From the NCBI GenBank assembly GCA_049582005.1, contig JBAUTB010000142.1, positions 1-63,709 of the forward strand: a stretch of DNA of 63,709 nucleotides. Direction: 5' to 3'. The notes below the pieces were generated by a model, which did no database searches, was not told the origin of the DNA, and saw nothing but the letters and a program-made list of their open reading frames with translations. This document shows positions 8,859-17,517 of this stretch, in pieces (the stretch's first letter is position 1; every line of letters begins with the position of its first letter). The translations under genes were made by a program, and so were the position numbers. The stretch is from Gloeobacterales cyanobacterium (GTDB lineage: Bacteria > Cyanobacteriota > Cyanobacteriia > Gloeobacterales > PMM-0068).

Positions 8859-10836
8859 GCTCTTCTGCGGGCACGGCCTGGGTATCTAACTCTGTTCCCC
8901 TCAAACAAGCCCCGCTCAGCTCTGCCCCCGTCAATATGGCCGATTCCAGGTTGGCACACAGTAGATTGCTATTACGCAGATTCGCACCCGTCAAATAGGC
9001 TCCTGTCAGGTTTGCTCCTTCCAGGTTTGCTCCTTCCAAATTTGCACCCGTTAGATTGGCCCCACTGAGGTCAGCCCCTTCCAAATTCGTTCCCGTTAGG
9101 TCCGTTCCTCTCAGATCACTACCGCGCAGGTCCGATTCCAGCATAGACATCCCACTGAGATTGGCGCCTCCCAGGAAAGAGCCCGCCAGAGAAGCCTGGT
9201 TTAGCTGTGCACCCACCAAAATAGCTCCCCGCAAATCGGCGTTGCGCAGGTCTGCCTTATTCATATGCGCTCCCGTGAGGTCTGCCCCTCGCAAGGAAGC
9301 CCTCAGATTTGCCTGGAAGGCTTGAATCCCCGTCAAATCCGCACCCGCCAATTGGGCCTGTTCTAAATTGGCACTGGTAAAATCTGCCCCACTCAGGTCT
9401 TTTCCTTCCAAACGACTTTCCCGCAAGTCCGCACCCCGGAATTGCTTGGTACTCGTCGTTTCCATGTATCCAGATAACCAACTGGAAGGAATGGCTTGGG
9501 GCCTGGTGGGCATGTTCAAGAATCCCATTTCCGCCAGACGCACCACATGGCCTAGGGTTTCCACCAATTTGGGGTCCCAGAGACGGCCTGCTTCTTCCTG
9601 ACAGCGAGCAAAAGCTTCTCCCAAGGTCAGGGCGGGGCGAGTACCGCGAGGTTGCGTCATTTTTTGGAAGTGAGCCACCAGTCCCAAAATTCTAGATCCC
9701 TGAGGGATTTCCTCCCCCTTCAGGCCATCAGGCTTGCCAGAGCCATCCCAGGCTTCTTTTTTACGGGCAATGATCTGGGTGATCGCATTCAGCTCAGGCA
9801 TAGCACCCAAGAGTTTCACCGCGTGCATCGGATGATTCTCTAGGATCTCCCGCTCTTGGTCGTTCAGGTCATCTTCGGCTTTGAGGAATAAAGTTTGAGA
9901 AGCTTGGGCTAGCCCCACGCGGTGGAGTAAGGCCGCCAAGCGCAATCGACGGATGGACAGAGGCGACAATTGAAGCATCTGGCCCAGGGTTTCCGCCAAG
10001 GCGGCCACCTGCAGCGAGGCCATCGGATTGTAGGGGTCTTTGGCATCTACCTGTTGGGCAATGCGTAAGAAAGCCTGGAGTTTATTGGCTGTTAGGTTAC
10101 GCCCCAAAGGTGTGGGCTGCAGTAAGCGCTCTGTTTCTGCACTGTAGGCGAACAGCTTATCTTCAGTCTCCTGAAGATTGGCCACAATTTGGGTAATAAC
10201 GCCACTTAAGTCTTCTTGCTTCGTCGTTTCTATCTTGTGGATTGCTTCGGCCCGAGCCCGCATGCTTCTTTCTAACGGTGGGTCGTAGACTCCAATACGG
10301 TCCAAAGCAAGGTGCGCGGCTTGATAGACCAACGATTCATCAAAGGTCCAAAGTCCATAGAACTTGCGGTCCAGATCCTCTTCAGGACGCCCTCCCGGGC
10401 CATAGTCTTCCTCGGTCAATTCCTGGCAAAGGCAAGCCGCTGCATAGTCTGGAGCCAGGATAATCAAATTCCATTCTTCAGCGACCGGATCATCCGTGGA
10501 CAGGCTGAGCAGATGGACATTCTCCATACTGCCGGTAGGATGTTGGGTAAAACCGCTACTTTCCACCGCCATAATCACCACATCTTGCGCGTGTTTGGCC
10601 AATTCCTGATAACGGTCTGCCTCTTCGAGATACCATTTACCTTGCTGGAAGGTGCTAATCATCAAGGGGAGGTCTTTTGATTTAACCCCAGTGCGTAATA
10701 CATGGTCTTCCATCGCATGGCAGATAGCTACCAGCGTATTTTTGAAATAGACACGGAATGTCTCAGGCAGGTTGCCGTCGACAGCATCCTGCTCAAGCTG
10801 TTCCCTCAGGTTGTAAAGAATCGAGTTTTTACGCAC
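8851..10836 (-). CDS. Signalling protein: DICT-like domain + degenerate HD-GYP domain + C-terminal pentapeptide repeats
   Basis: N-terminal DICT-like blocks are [32 protein letters not shown] and [20 protein letters not shown]. The central HD-GYP-like domain has substituted motifs: LLHRVGL where HD is expected, and [16 protein letters not shown] where GYP is expected. About 180 aa of A(D/N)LxG pentapeptide repeats occupy the C-terminus, roughly DNA 8880-9430. Confidence 0.8.
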   Translation of the reverse strand: MRKNSILYNLREQLEQDAVDGNLPETFRVYFKNTLVAICHAMEDHVLRTGVKSKDLPLMISTFQQGKWYLEEADRYQELAKHAQDVVIMAVESSGFTQHPTGSMENVHLLSLSTDDPVAEEWNLIILAPDYAAACLCQELTEEDYGPGGRPEEDLDRKFYGLWTFDESLVYQAAHLALDRIGVYDPPLERSMRARAEAIHKIETTKQEDLSGVITQIVANLQETEDKLFAYSAETERLLQPTPLGRNLTANKLQAFLRIAQQVDAKDPYNPMASLQVAALAETLGQMLQLSPLSIRRLRLAALLHRVGLAQASQTLFLKAEDDLNDQEREILENHPMHAVKLLGAMPELNAITQIIARKKEAWDGSGKPDGLKGEEIPQGSRILGLVAHFQKMTQPRGTRPALTLGEAFARCQEEAGRLWDPKLVETLGHVVRLAEMGFLNMPTRPQAIPSSWLSGYMETTSTKQFRGADLRESRLEGKDLSGADFTSANLEQAQLAGADLTGIQAFQANLRASLRGADLTGAHMNKADLRNADLRGAILVGAQLNQASLAGSFLGGANLSGMSMLESDLRGSDLRGTDLTGTNLEGADLSGANLTGANLEGANLEGANLTGAYLTGANLRNSNLLCANLESAILTGAELSGACLRGTELDTQAVPAEELV

Positions 10837-11586
10837 CTACCCCCCCATTCCCGGAAAATGACGAATCTTAGCAGAACCATCGAACGTAAGTTGCCCTCGA
10901 CGAATATCACAGCGGTGCATTCGCAAAGCAACCCCGTCTAGCGAGAATTTATCTAGGTCCATCAAGCTATTGATGTGACCTAAGATGGCTTGAGCTACTG
11001 CCTGGGATCGTTCACTGCCTTCTATTATGGAGTCACTGAACAAAATGCGACGGTCTTCTTCTAAAGTAACCTTCGTCCGCAAGCGGATATCCAGCGGTTC
11101 GCTCTCTTTTCCCACGGAAATCTGACTATAAAGTAGCAGAATCCCCCCATCTTGGAGTTCCACGCCCGTATTCTTGAAATTGAGCGGTTCTCCTTCAAAA
11201 GTCAGCATTTGCAGCTTTTCCATAATGAAGGGAGTATTGAACGAGCGGCTGAGGTCTTTCTCGGTCAGCACTACACTTATCGTTCCGCTGGTGGGTTGAC
11301 GGAGCTTAATCTTCCCTCCCATTAAGTTACTCAAGTCAATGGCAATGGCCTGCACCCGCAGGTCCATGCGGGCTACCCGCAACCCGTTGCGCATTTCCAA
11401 GCCACGACCGACTAAATCAAAGCCATCAAGACTCCCCTGCAGGATCTTGCTGACAGGATTGGCCCGGACCTTAGCATTCAAGCTTTCGGTTGTCTTGAAT
11501 AGAGCGGCGATAGCTGCAGTAGCTACCGAACCGACCCATTCATCTCCCCCTTTATTTTGAAACGGAGAGAAAAGGGAACTGAGCAT
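10837..11586 (-). CDS. DUF2993 / LmeA-like protein (putative lipid-binding)
   Basis: 249 aa. The pattern of an N-terminal hydrophobic segment followed by repeated beta-rich halves resembles DUF2993. Its stop codon directly abuts the start of the downstream DICT gene (10837/10836). Confidence 0.45.
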   Translation of the reverse strand: MLSSLFSPFQNKGGDEWVGSVATAAIAALFKTTESLNAKVRANPVSKILQGSLDGFDLVGRGLEMRNGLRVARMDLRVQAIAIDLSNLMGGKIKLRQPTSGTISVVLTEKDLSRSFNTPFIMEKLQMLTFEGEPLNFKNTGVELQDGGILLLYSQISVGKESEPLDIRLRTKVTLEEDRRILFSDSIIEGSERSQAVAQAILGHINSLMDLDKFSLDGVALRMHRCDIRRGQLTFDGSAKIRHFPGMGG

Positions 11587-11696
11587 GTGCGGCTTCCCAA
11601 ACGCAGCAGTAGTAAAGAGCCGCAGAAGAACCGGGCGCTTCTTTCATCCTATAAGAGGTTTTCGGATTCTTGAGTACAAATAAGCTATGCGCTAAA

Positions 11697-11918
11697 TTAA
11701 GCTTGCTTATCGACTGCTGAAGAATCCTTTGACGCAAGAGGTTTGGCCTCTTCTGCAGAACCTCTTTTCAGTTCTGCTTCAAACTCATTGGAAGCTTGCC
11801 TAAAACTCTTTGTCGCTTGCCCAAGCGTTTTTCCCAGTTCTGGAATTTTCTTAGGGCCGAAAATTAGTAGGGCTACTACTGCTATTGCGCCTAATTCCAA
11901 AGGACCCAAGCCGAACAT
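11697..11918 (-). CDS. tatA: Twin-arginine translocase subunit TatA/E
   Basis: MFGLGPLELGAIAVVALLIFGPKKIPELGKTLGQATKSFRQA shows the TM helix, the FGP hinge and the amphipathic helix. Confidence 0.85.
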   Translation of the reverse strand: MFGLGPLELGAIAVVALLIFGPKKIPELGKTLGQATKSFRQASNEFEAELKRGSAEEAKPLASKDSSAVDKQA

Positions 11919-11996
11919 ATAGATACCAATACTTCAGATAGCCTCAGTATAGCGAACTGTAGCTGGGAAGAAGGATAATCGCAGCCAGGATAGGGA

Positions 11997-12338
11997 CTAG
12001 GATAGGGGAAACAGGAGGCGATAGTAGCACAGACTATTGATCGCCAGTAAGGTCAAGCTTGCAGCATGGATTTGCCAACCCAGAGGGGAGGGGGCTACTT
12101 TTTCGCTCACCATAGCGAGGAGCGCAGCATTGACGGAATAGGTCAGCGCCAGCATCTGGAACGCCCACCAGTCGGACCCAAAACCGATTAGACCCGAAAC
12201 AAACGCTAATAGAAACATGACAAGCGCCACGGCTCGAGGAGGGTCTACTTCGCTCCAGTGGCGCAGTTCTTCCACACTGCGGCTCAATTTGGCATATAGG
12301 TTTTGTGGAAACGACACGCGCATAACGGGGAGATTCAT
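11997..12338 (-). CDS. Small hypothetical membrane protein
   Basis: Three hydrophobic helices are predicted. I chose the internal Met at 12338 so the gene does not overlap the upstream glycosyltransferase by 92 nt. Confidence 0.4.
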   Translation of the reverse strand: MNLPVMRVSFPQNLYAKLSRSVEELRHWSEVDPPRAVALVMFLLAFVSGLIGFGSDWWAFQMLALTYSVNAALLAMVSEKVAPSPLGWQIHAASLTLLAINSLCYYRLLFPLS

Positions 12339-12351
12339 TACTGCCGTTAGA

Positions 12352-13545
12352 TTAGCAAACTCCCACCTTTTGCTGCCACCATTGCACCGTCTGTTCGGTA
12401 ATGATATCCCAGGCAAATCTTTGCTGGACCGCTTGTTGCGCATTATGAGCCAGTTTTTGGGCCAGGTCCTGATGGGTCAAAAGCCGCAGAATCGCCCAGG
12501 CGAGATGAGCGCCACTTTTAGGCGGGACTTTGAGGCCACTATATTCATCCGCCACAATTTCAGCGAGTCCACCCACATCAGAAACAACGATAGGGACTCC
12601 TGCTGCCATTGCTTCCAGGGCCACAATGCCAAATGGCTCGTAGAGACTGGGGAATGAACCTATATCAGCAACCCGGATCAAAGCCTGGAGTTCTTCCTCG
12701 GGGAGGTACCCTGTGAACTGCACCTGTTTTGCTACCCCTAACTTCTGACTACGACGTTGGAGTTCCTCCAGATACGGTCCACGGCCCACGAGGACGGCCC
12801 TGGCATTGGGCATATTGCCCAACAAATGCGGCATTGCCTCAACTAGATAGCGAGCTCCTTTTTCATGGACCATGCGCCCGACAAAAAGAATCAGTTTCTG
12901 GTCTTTGGTGACGTAGCGCCCTCGCACTTCAGCTTTTTCTTCTGGGCTAAATTCAGGGTGGGTGTCCACTTGGATACCATTCGGGAAAATGCCAATTTTG
13001 CTGGCGGGGACCTGGAATAGGATCTGAAGTTCTTCTTTCATCGATTTAGAACAAACGATGAGGCTATCAGCCCGATGGGTGAGCCATTCTTCCATCTTGT
13101 GTATATGGCGCTGGAGGGCATCGTGTATTCCACCCATCCGTCCGGATTCTGTGGCGTGCACGGTTGCACTCAAATGAATCTTCCACTGCTCTTGGAGGGC
13201 GAGGCCTGCTTCCGCTGTGAGCCAATCGTGGCAATGGATGAGGTCAAAAGGTTGTTCTTTATGAAAGGCTGGAGCTTTTTCCCGAATCTGCTGGTTAAAA
13301 GTGCGGACCCACCCCAAGAAATCTTCATCGGCCGCGGGCGGATGTAAAACATAATCGACGTGGACACCCTTCAGAGTTTGGGTCTTAGCCCTGCTGTATT
13401 CATCGCTGCCTTCATCGGGGGCAACGGTCAAGACATGGACTTCATGGCCTTGAGCAACCAAGGTTTCACAGAGTCCTTCGCAGTGCCTTGCCAATCCACC
13501 AACAATCCGTGGAGGATATTCCCAAGTGAGTTCAAGAATCCGCAT
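12352..13545 (-). CDS. GT4-family glycosyltransferase (group 1, glycogen-synthase-like)
   Basis: The N-terminus MRILELTWEYPPRIVGGLARHCEGL and the C-terminal E-x7-E region (FPSLYEPFGIVALEAMAAGVPIV) are typical of GT4. Confidence 0.8.
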   Translation of the reverse strand: MRILELTWEYPPRIVGGLARHCEGLCETLVAQGHEVHVLTVAPDEGSDEYSRAKTQTLKGVHVDYVLHPPAADEDFLGWVRTFNQQIREKAPAFHKEQPFDLIHCHDWLTAEAGLALQEQWKIHLSATVHATESGRMGGIHDALQRHIHKMEEWLTHRADSLIVCSKSMKEELQILFQVPASKIGIFPNGIQVDTHPEFSPEEKAEVRGRYVTKDQKLILFVGRMVHEKGARYLVEAMPHLLGNMPNARAVLVGRGPYLEELQRRSQKLGVAKQVQFTGYLPEEELQALIRVADIGSFPSLYEPFGIVALEAMAAGVPIVVSDVGGLAEIVADEYSGLKVPPKSGAHLAWAILRLLTHQDLAQKLAHNAQQAVQQRFAWDIITEQTVQWWQQKVGVC

Positions 13546-13611
13546 AGCCTGGGTGCAAAAAGTACCTTATTGTCCCATGCGCCCTGGTTTAAAAAGCGGA
13601 TTGCCCCACGT

Positions 13612-15546
13612 TTAAAAGTCGATGTCATCATCATCGTCCTCCGCTTCCACTGGGACAAGCAAAGGACGATCGGTTTTAACAGGCACTGCCTGATCGGTCT
13701 CTGACACAATCTGGCCTGCAAAGAAGTCGGCCAAAGAATGGGAAGCCCTATCTAGTTCCCCCATGTCATGGAGTGCGACTTTGCGCGGCCGTTCCGATGA
13801 ACCATGCGCGGGAGTCACAGGCAAAAAAGCTTCTTCCCGTCTGGGTTTGATGGGGGGTTCCTCGTCTTCTTTCGGCAAAATAGAAATCCGGGAAGGGAGG
13901 TCTCTCACCATGGAGGGAGCCGGTTCCGCGGACCGAAAAGCTTGAGCGGGGGAAGAAACCACGACTTCCGGTAGATCCTCTTCTGGCATAGCCTCTGTTT
14001 CTTTTCTCAGAACAAAAGTCACTTCCATCGGGATATAGCCCAGGGTTTCGAGGAAGGCTTTGTCAAGTCTCTTTTTAGCCAGAAAGGCTTTGAACTGTCT
14101 GATTAAATTGAGGCTGGAAATCCCAAAGACTACTTTGTGGGGCGCTTCTGAAACAGGTTTGATATGGTCTATGAAAAAGGGACGACACTGAATATCTAAA
14201 AGACTGGCAAATTTATCCCAGTCGCGAGCGAGGGTACTAGAACCAGCCCCCGCTGATGTTTTGGCTGGAGGCGGAGAGGGTTTGGTCGGGACCACAGGGG
14301 AGGGTGTAGAAGCTTCTCTAGAGGCCGGAGCGGGAGCGGACACTTTAGGAGGAGCATAAGCGGGCTCACGTTCGTCTGCCACAGGTTTAGCCGTAGGAGC
14401 AGTCCTGGAAGTGAGCGGACGAGACAGTGGGCTTATAGGGGCAAGCGTAGGGGCTTTCGCTTCTGTCTCTTGCAGAAGTCCCAGTAGCGTCACTTCCAGC
14501 CATAGCCTGGGCTGGGTCGTGTTTTTGATCAAGGGTTCAGAAGCTTTGAGGCGTTCTTGAACCGAGAGAATTTGAGACAAACTAAAGTTTTTCGCCCGCT
14601 CCAGGAGCGCTGTCCAGGTGGCAGCGGTCACGGAGACTAAGTCCCGACGGTCAGGAGATTGTTGGGCAATCAACAGATCGCGACAAAAAGCCGTCAAGTC
14701 CTGAATCACCTGAATCGGTTCTTTGCCCGTATCCATCAACCGACGGGTCTGGGTTAAGACCTGGATGCTGTCCCCCGCGCTTATGCTATCCCAGAGGATA
14801 AGCAAATCTCGTTCTGGAACAGCCCCCACCAGATTCCAAATCGCTTCAACCCCAATTTCTCCCTCTAAAAGACTGAGTTGGTCTAGCAAACTCTCCGCAT
14901 CTCGGAGCCCCCCTTGAGCAATCTGCGCGACGAGTTCCACGGCTTCTGCCGAAATCGAAATTCCTTCGACGGTTGCAATATGCGTCAGATGCGTCACCAT
15001 AGCTCCAAGCGGAATGCGCCGGAAGTCAAAGCGCTGACAACGGGAAATAATGGTGGGCAAAACCCGTTGGGCGTCTGTGGTGGCCAGGATAAAGACCACC
15101 CGATTGGGAGGCTCTTCCAGGGTTTTCAGCAAAGCATTGAAGGCAGCGTTGCTCAACATATGCACTTCGTCGATGATATACACCTTAAAACGCGCCTGGA
15201 CCGGAGCAAATTGCGCTCGCTCAATCAATTCCCGAATATTATCTACGCCCGTATTGCTAGCCGCATCAATTTCAATGATGTCTAAGGCAGAACCGCGCGT
15301 GATGCTGGTACAAAGCTCACAGACGCCACAGGGTATGGGAGTAGGTCCCTGGATACAGTTTAGGGACTTTGCCATAATCCGGGCGGTAGAAGTTTTGCCA
15401 GTACCTCTAGAGCCGGTAAATAGATAGGCATGGGCCATCCGGTCCGAACGGATTGCACTACTCAGTGTACGGACAATCGCTTCTTGCCCGACAATTTCCA
15501 AAAAGGTTTGAGGACGGTACTTGTGATAGAGAGGTTCGTAGGTCAT
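13612..15546 (-). CDS. dnaX: DNA polymerase III subunit gamma/tau
   Basis: Contains HAYLFTGSRGTGKTSTARI (Walker A), a Zn module (CIQGPTPIPCGVCELC), DEVHML and SRCQRF. A long Pro/Ser/Ala-rich linker and an acidic C-terminus follow. Confidence 0.92.
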   Translation of the reverse strand: MTYEPLYHKYRPQTFLEIVGQEAIVRTLSSAIRSDRMAHAYLFTGSRGTGKTSTARIMAKSLNCIQGPTPIPCGVCELCTSITRGSALDIIEIDAASNTGVDNIRELIERAQFAPVQARFKVYIIDEVHMLSNAAFNALLKTLEEPPNRVVFILATTDAQRVLPTIISRCQRFDFRRIPLGAMVTHLTHIATVEGISISAEAVELVAQIAQGGLRDAESLLDQLSLLEGEIGVEAIWNLVGAVPERDLLILWDSISAGDSIQVLTQTRRLMDTGKEPIQVIQDLTAFCRDLLIAQQSPDRRDLVSVTAATWTALLERAKNFSLSQILSVQERLKASEPLIKNTTQPRLWLEVTLLGLLQETEAKAPTLAPISPLSRPLTSRTAPTAKPVADEREPAYAPPKVSAPAPASREASTPSPVVPTKPSPPPAKTSAGAGSSTLARDWDKFASLLDIQCRPFFIDHIKPVSEAPHKVVFGISSLNLIRQFKAFLAKKRLDKAFLETLGYIPMEVTFVLRKETEAMPEEDLPEVVVSSPAQAFRSAEPAPSMVRDLPSRISILPKEDEEPPIKPRREEAFLPVTPAHGSSERPRKVALHDMGELDRASHSLADFFAGQIVSETDQAVPVKTDRPLLVPVEAEDDDDDIDF

Positions 15547-15745
15547 ACCAAGACTATCTTCCCGCTTTTTCCCGCTTTGCGCGACCTTTCTAAAACAGGT
15601 CGAGAAAAGAAAATTTTAGGTTTGGAGGACCCTATTATCGAGTAATTTTAGTCCTTCTAGCACCGGGATTGCTCGGGAGGAGTCTCCTAGAACCTCTGGA
15701 ATAAGTCACATGGGCTCAGGCATGCGGTAAAAGCGTAGCCGGATT

Positions 15746-15754
15746 TGTTAGAAT
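15746..15754 (+). promoter_or_regulatory. Candidate extended -10 element upstream of rbp
   Basis: TGTTAGAAT (TGnTAGAAT) lies about 77 nt upstream of the rbp ATG. No clear -35 box. Confidence 0.3.
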
Positions 15755-15830
15755 GCAAAAATCTAAATCCAGCAGTAGGGTCATTTTTTGTCCTTGTTGA
15801 CTTGGTCTAGTTACCTCAAAGAGACAAAAA

Positions 15831-16118
15831 ATGACTATATTTGTTGGCAATCTGCCTTTTTCCGTAAGTGAACAAGCCATTACGGATGCTTTTGCTGAGT
15901 ACGGTACTGTAAAGTCTGTCAAAATCCCAACGGATCGTGAAACAGGTCGCCCCCGTGGTTTTGCCTTCGTAGACATGGACAACACAGCGTCCGAAGACAC
16001 CGCTATCAAGGAACTTGACGGCGCAAGCTGGGACAATCGTGCCATCCGCGTTAACAAAGCTGAGCCCAAACCAGAGCGTTCTAACGACAACCGTGGGGGT
16101 GGACGCGGTCGCTATTAA
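15831..16118 (+). CDS. RRM-type RNA-binding protein with a short Gly/Arg tail
   Basis: RNP2 is IFVGNLPF and RNP1 is RGFAFVDM. The C-terminus ends NRGGGRGRY. This is the typical cyanobacterial Rbp family. Confidence 0.92.
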   Translation: MTIFVGNLPFSVSEQAITDAFAEYGTVKSVKIPTDRETGRPRGFAFVDMDNTASEDTAIKELDGASWDNRAIRVNKAEPKPERSNDNRGGGRGRY

Positions 16119-16137
16119 GCTGCTGCTTTCGTATTTT

Positions 16138-16170
16138 AAAACCCGACCCTCGATGGGGGGTTGGGTTTTT
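16138..16170 (+). terminator. Intrinsic terminator after rbp
   Basis: AACCCGACCC (16140-16149) pairs with GGGTTGGGTT (16157-16166), followed by a T-run. Confidence 0.6.
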
Positions 16171-16221
16171 CCTATCTAGGTCAGACGCTAAAATCAAAGG
16201 GCCTGGAATTTTTGTAAGAAC

Positions 16222-16719
16222 ATGCCCTATCCTCAACGCATTGAACCCCAGCCTGGACAGGAATCCGTTTGGGATTATCCTCGTCCACCCCGTTTGGAAC
16301 CCACCTCCAAGCACCTCACCATCACCTTCCATGGTGAGACGATTGCCGATACCAAGAAAGCTTGGCGGGTCCTAGAAACCAGTCATCCTCCGGTTTACTA
16401 CATTCCACCGGAAGATATCCGCATGGAGTTTTTGACCCGCACTCAGCGCCGCTCTTTCTGTGAATTCAAAGGGTCTGCGAGCTACTGGACGGTGAAAGTA
16501 GGCAGTCAACAAGAAAAAGATTGTGCCTGGAGCTATGAGAATCCCACGGCGACCTTCCAACCGATCAAAGGCTATATCGCCTTCTACGCCAGCAAAATGG
16601 ATGCCTGTTATGTGAATGATGAAGAAGTGGACTCCCAGGAAGGAGATTTCTACGGCGGCTGGATCACGTCCGATATTGTAGGGCCATTTAAGGGTGCAAC
16701 GGGGACTTGGGGCTGGTAA
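16222..16719 (+). CDS. DUF427 domain protein
   Basis: HPPVYYIPPEDI and FCEFKGSASYW resemble DUF427 conserved blocks. Confidence 0.65.
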   Translation: MPYPQRIEPQPGQESVWDYPRPPRLEPTSKHLTITFHGETIADTKKAWRVLETSHPPVYYIPPEDIRMEFLTRTQRRSFCEFKGSASYWTVKVGSQQEKDCAWSYENPTATFQPIKGYIAFYASKMDACYVNDEEVDSQEGDFYGGWITSDIVGPFKGATGTWGW

Positions 16720-16780
16720 CTATAACCTGCTTGATTGCATGCTCCTCTTGTACAGGCGCGTCTCACCGCATCTCTCTATC

Positions 16781-17440
16781 TCATTCCGGAACTTGATACT
16801 CCAGTTTGCCTAACGTAATTAGTCTTTCCAAGTCCTCTACGGCATCATCCATATGGGTTTTCACAACAGCCCGAACTTGCCCTAATAGCTCTTCATCCGC
16901 GCCTCCTAACATGCGGCTGAGGTCAGCGATATCTTGAGCACGGCTTTTCATCAGGACCAGATAGGGCAACGCGATAATAGGTAATCCCGTAGGATCTAGG
17001 TTTGGATTTTGGACCGCTTGCGTAACCCAAGCTTCTGAAGATTCAATCACATCCAGAACTGTACCATCCGCTAGTTGCCAACTGCTGCCCCCAACGGTCA
17101 ACAGTCCTATCCGCTTAGCACTTGCCTGGTTAAGCTCTCGATAAAGTCCAGGTGCATCTTGGCTAAACACGAGGATGTCTATATCCAGAGTCATTCGTTC
17201 AGGCATATACAGTCGTGTTGCGACCCCTCTGACAACAACAAAAGGAGTCTCTTGGATAATACGATTTAGGTCTGCCACGGGATAGGCCCAAGTTCTTGAT
17301 TGCATAAATGCTAAGTTGCTACCGCTACCAGGACGCACCCTTTTTTGAATGAGTGCGATGTATTGCTTACGTCTAAGCTTGCCTAAGTCCTGCGTGGCAG
17401 TTGAGGGATTAGAAGAAGCATTAGAAGGATTAATCGTCAT
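16781..17440 (-). CDS. Hypothetical protein with a nucleotidyltransferase-fold-like core
   Basis: VVVRGVATRLYMPERMTLDIDILV resembles the GG/S...D-x-D strand-helix-strand of minimal nucleotidyltransferases. This rests on the motif only. Confidence 0.35.
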   Translation of the reverse strand: MTINPSNASSNPSTATQDLGKLRRKQYIALIQKRVRPGSGSNLAFMQSRTWAYPVADLNRIIQETPFVVVRGVATRLYMPERMTLDIDILVFSQDAPGLYRELNQASAKRIGLLTVGGSSWQLADGTVLDVIESSEAWVTQAVQNPNLDPTGLPIIALPYLVLMKSRAQDIADLSRMLGGADEELLGQVRAVVKTHMDDAVEDLERLITLGKLEYQVPE

Positions 17441-17517
17441 CTTTAGCCAAATTACGGATCACGGTTACATCAAACGTAGCATTGGAGGAAAGAGACACTT
17501 CTTCTGAGCCGCAGTAT

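Noticed and set aside
8880-9430. Highly repetitive DNA that could be mistaken for a tandem-repeat or CRISPR-like array.
   Set aside because: The periodicity is 15 nt and in frame. It encodes A(D/N)LxG pentapeptide repeats of the 8851-10836 protein. There is no repeat-spacer structure.
12217-12657. A 146-aa plus-strand ORF overlapping the 3' end of the GT4 gene and the small membrane gene.
   Set aside because: It is antisense to two better-supported genes. Its product is Arg/Ser-rich and low-complexity.
14060-14100. A possible dnaX programmed-frameshift site (GCU AAA AAG on the minus strand).
   Set aside because: It is not a full A AAA AAG heptamer. It lies near the C-terminus rather than at the gamma/tau boundary, and I see no downstream stem-loop.
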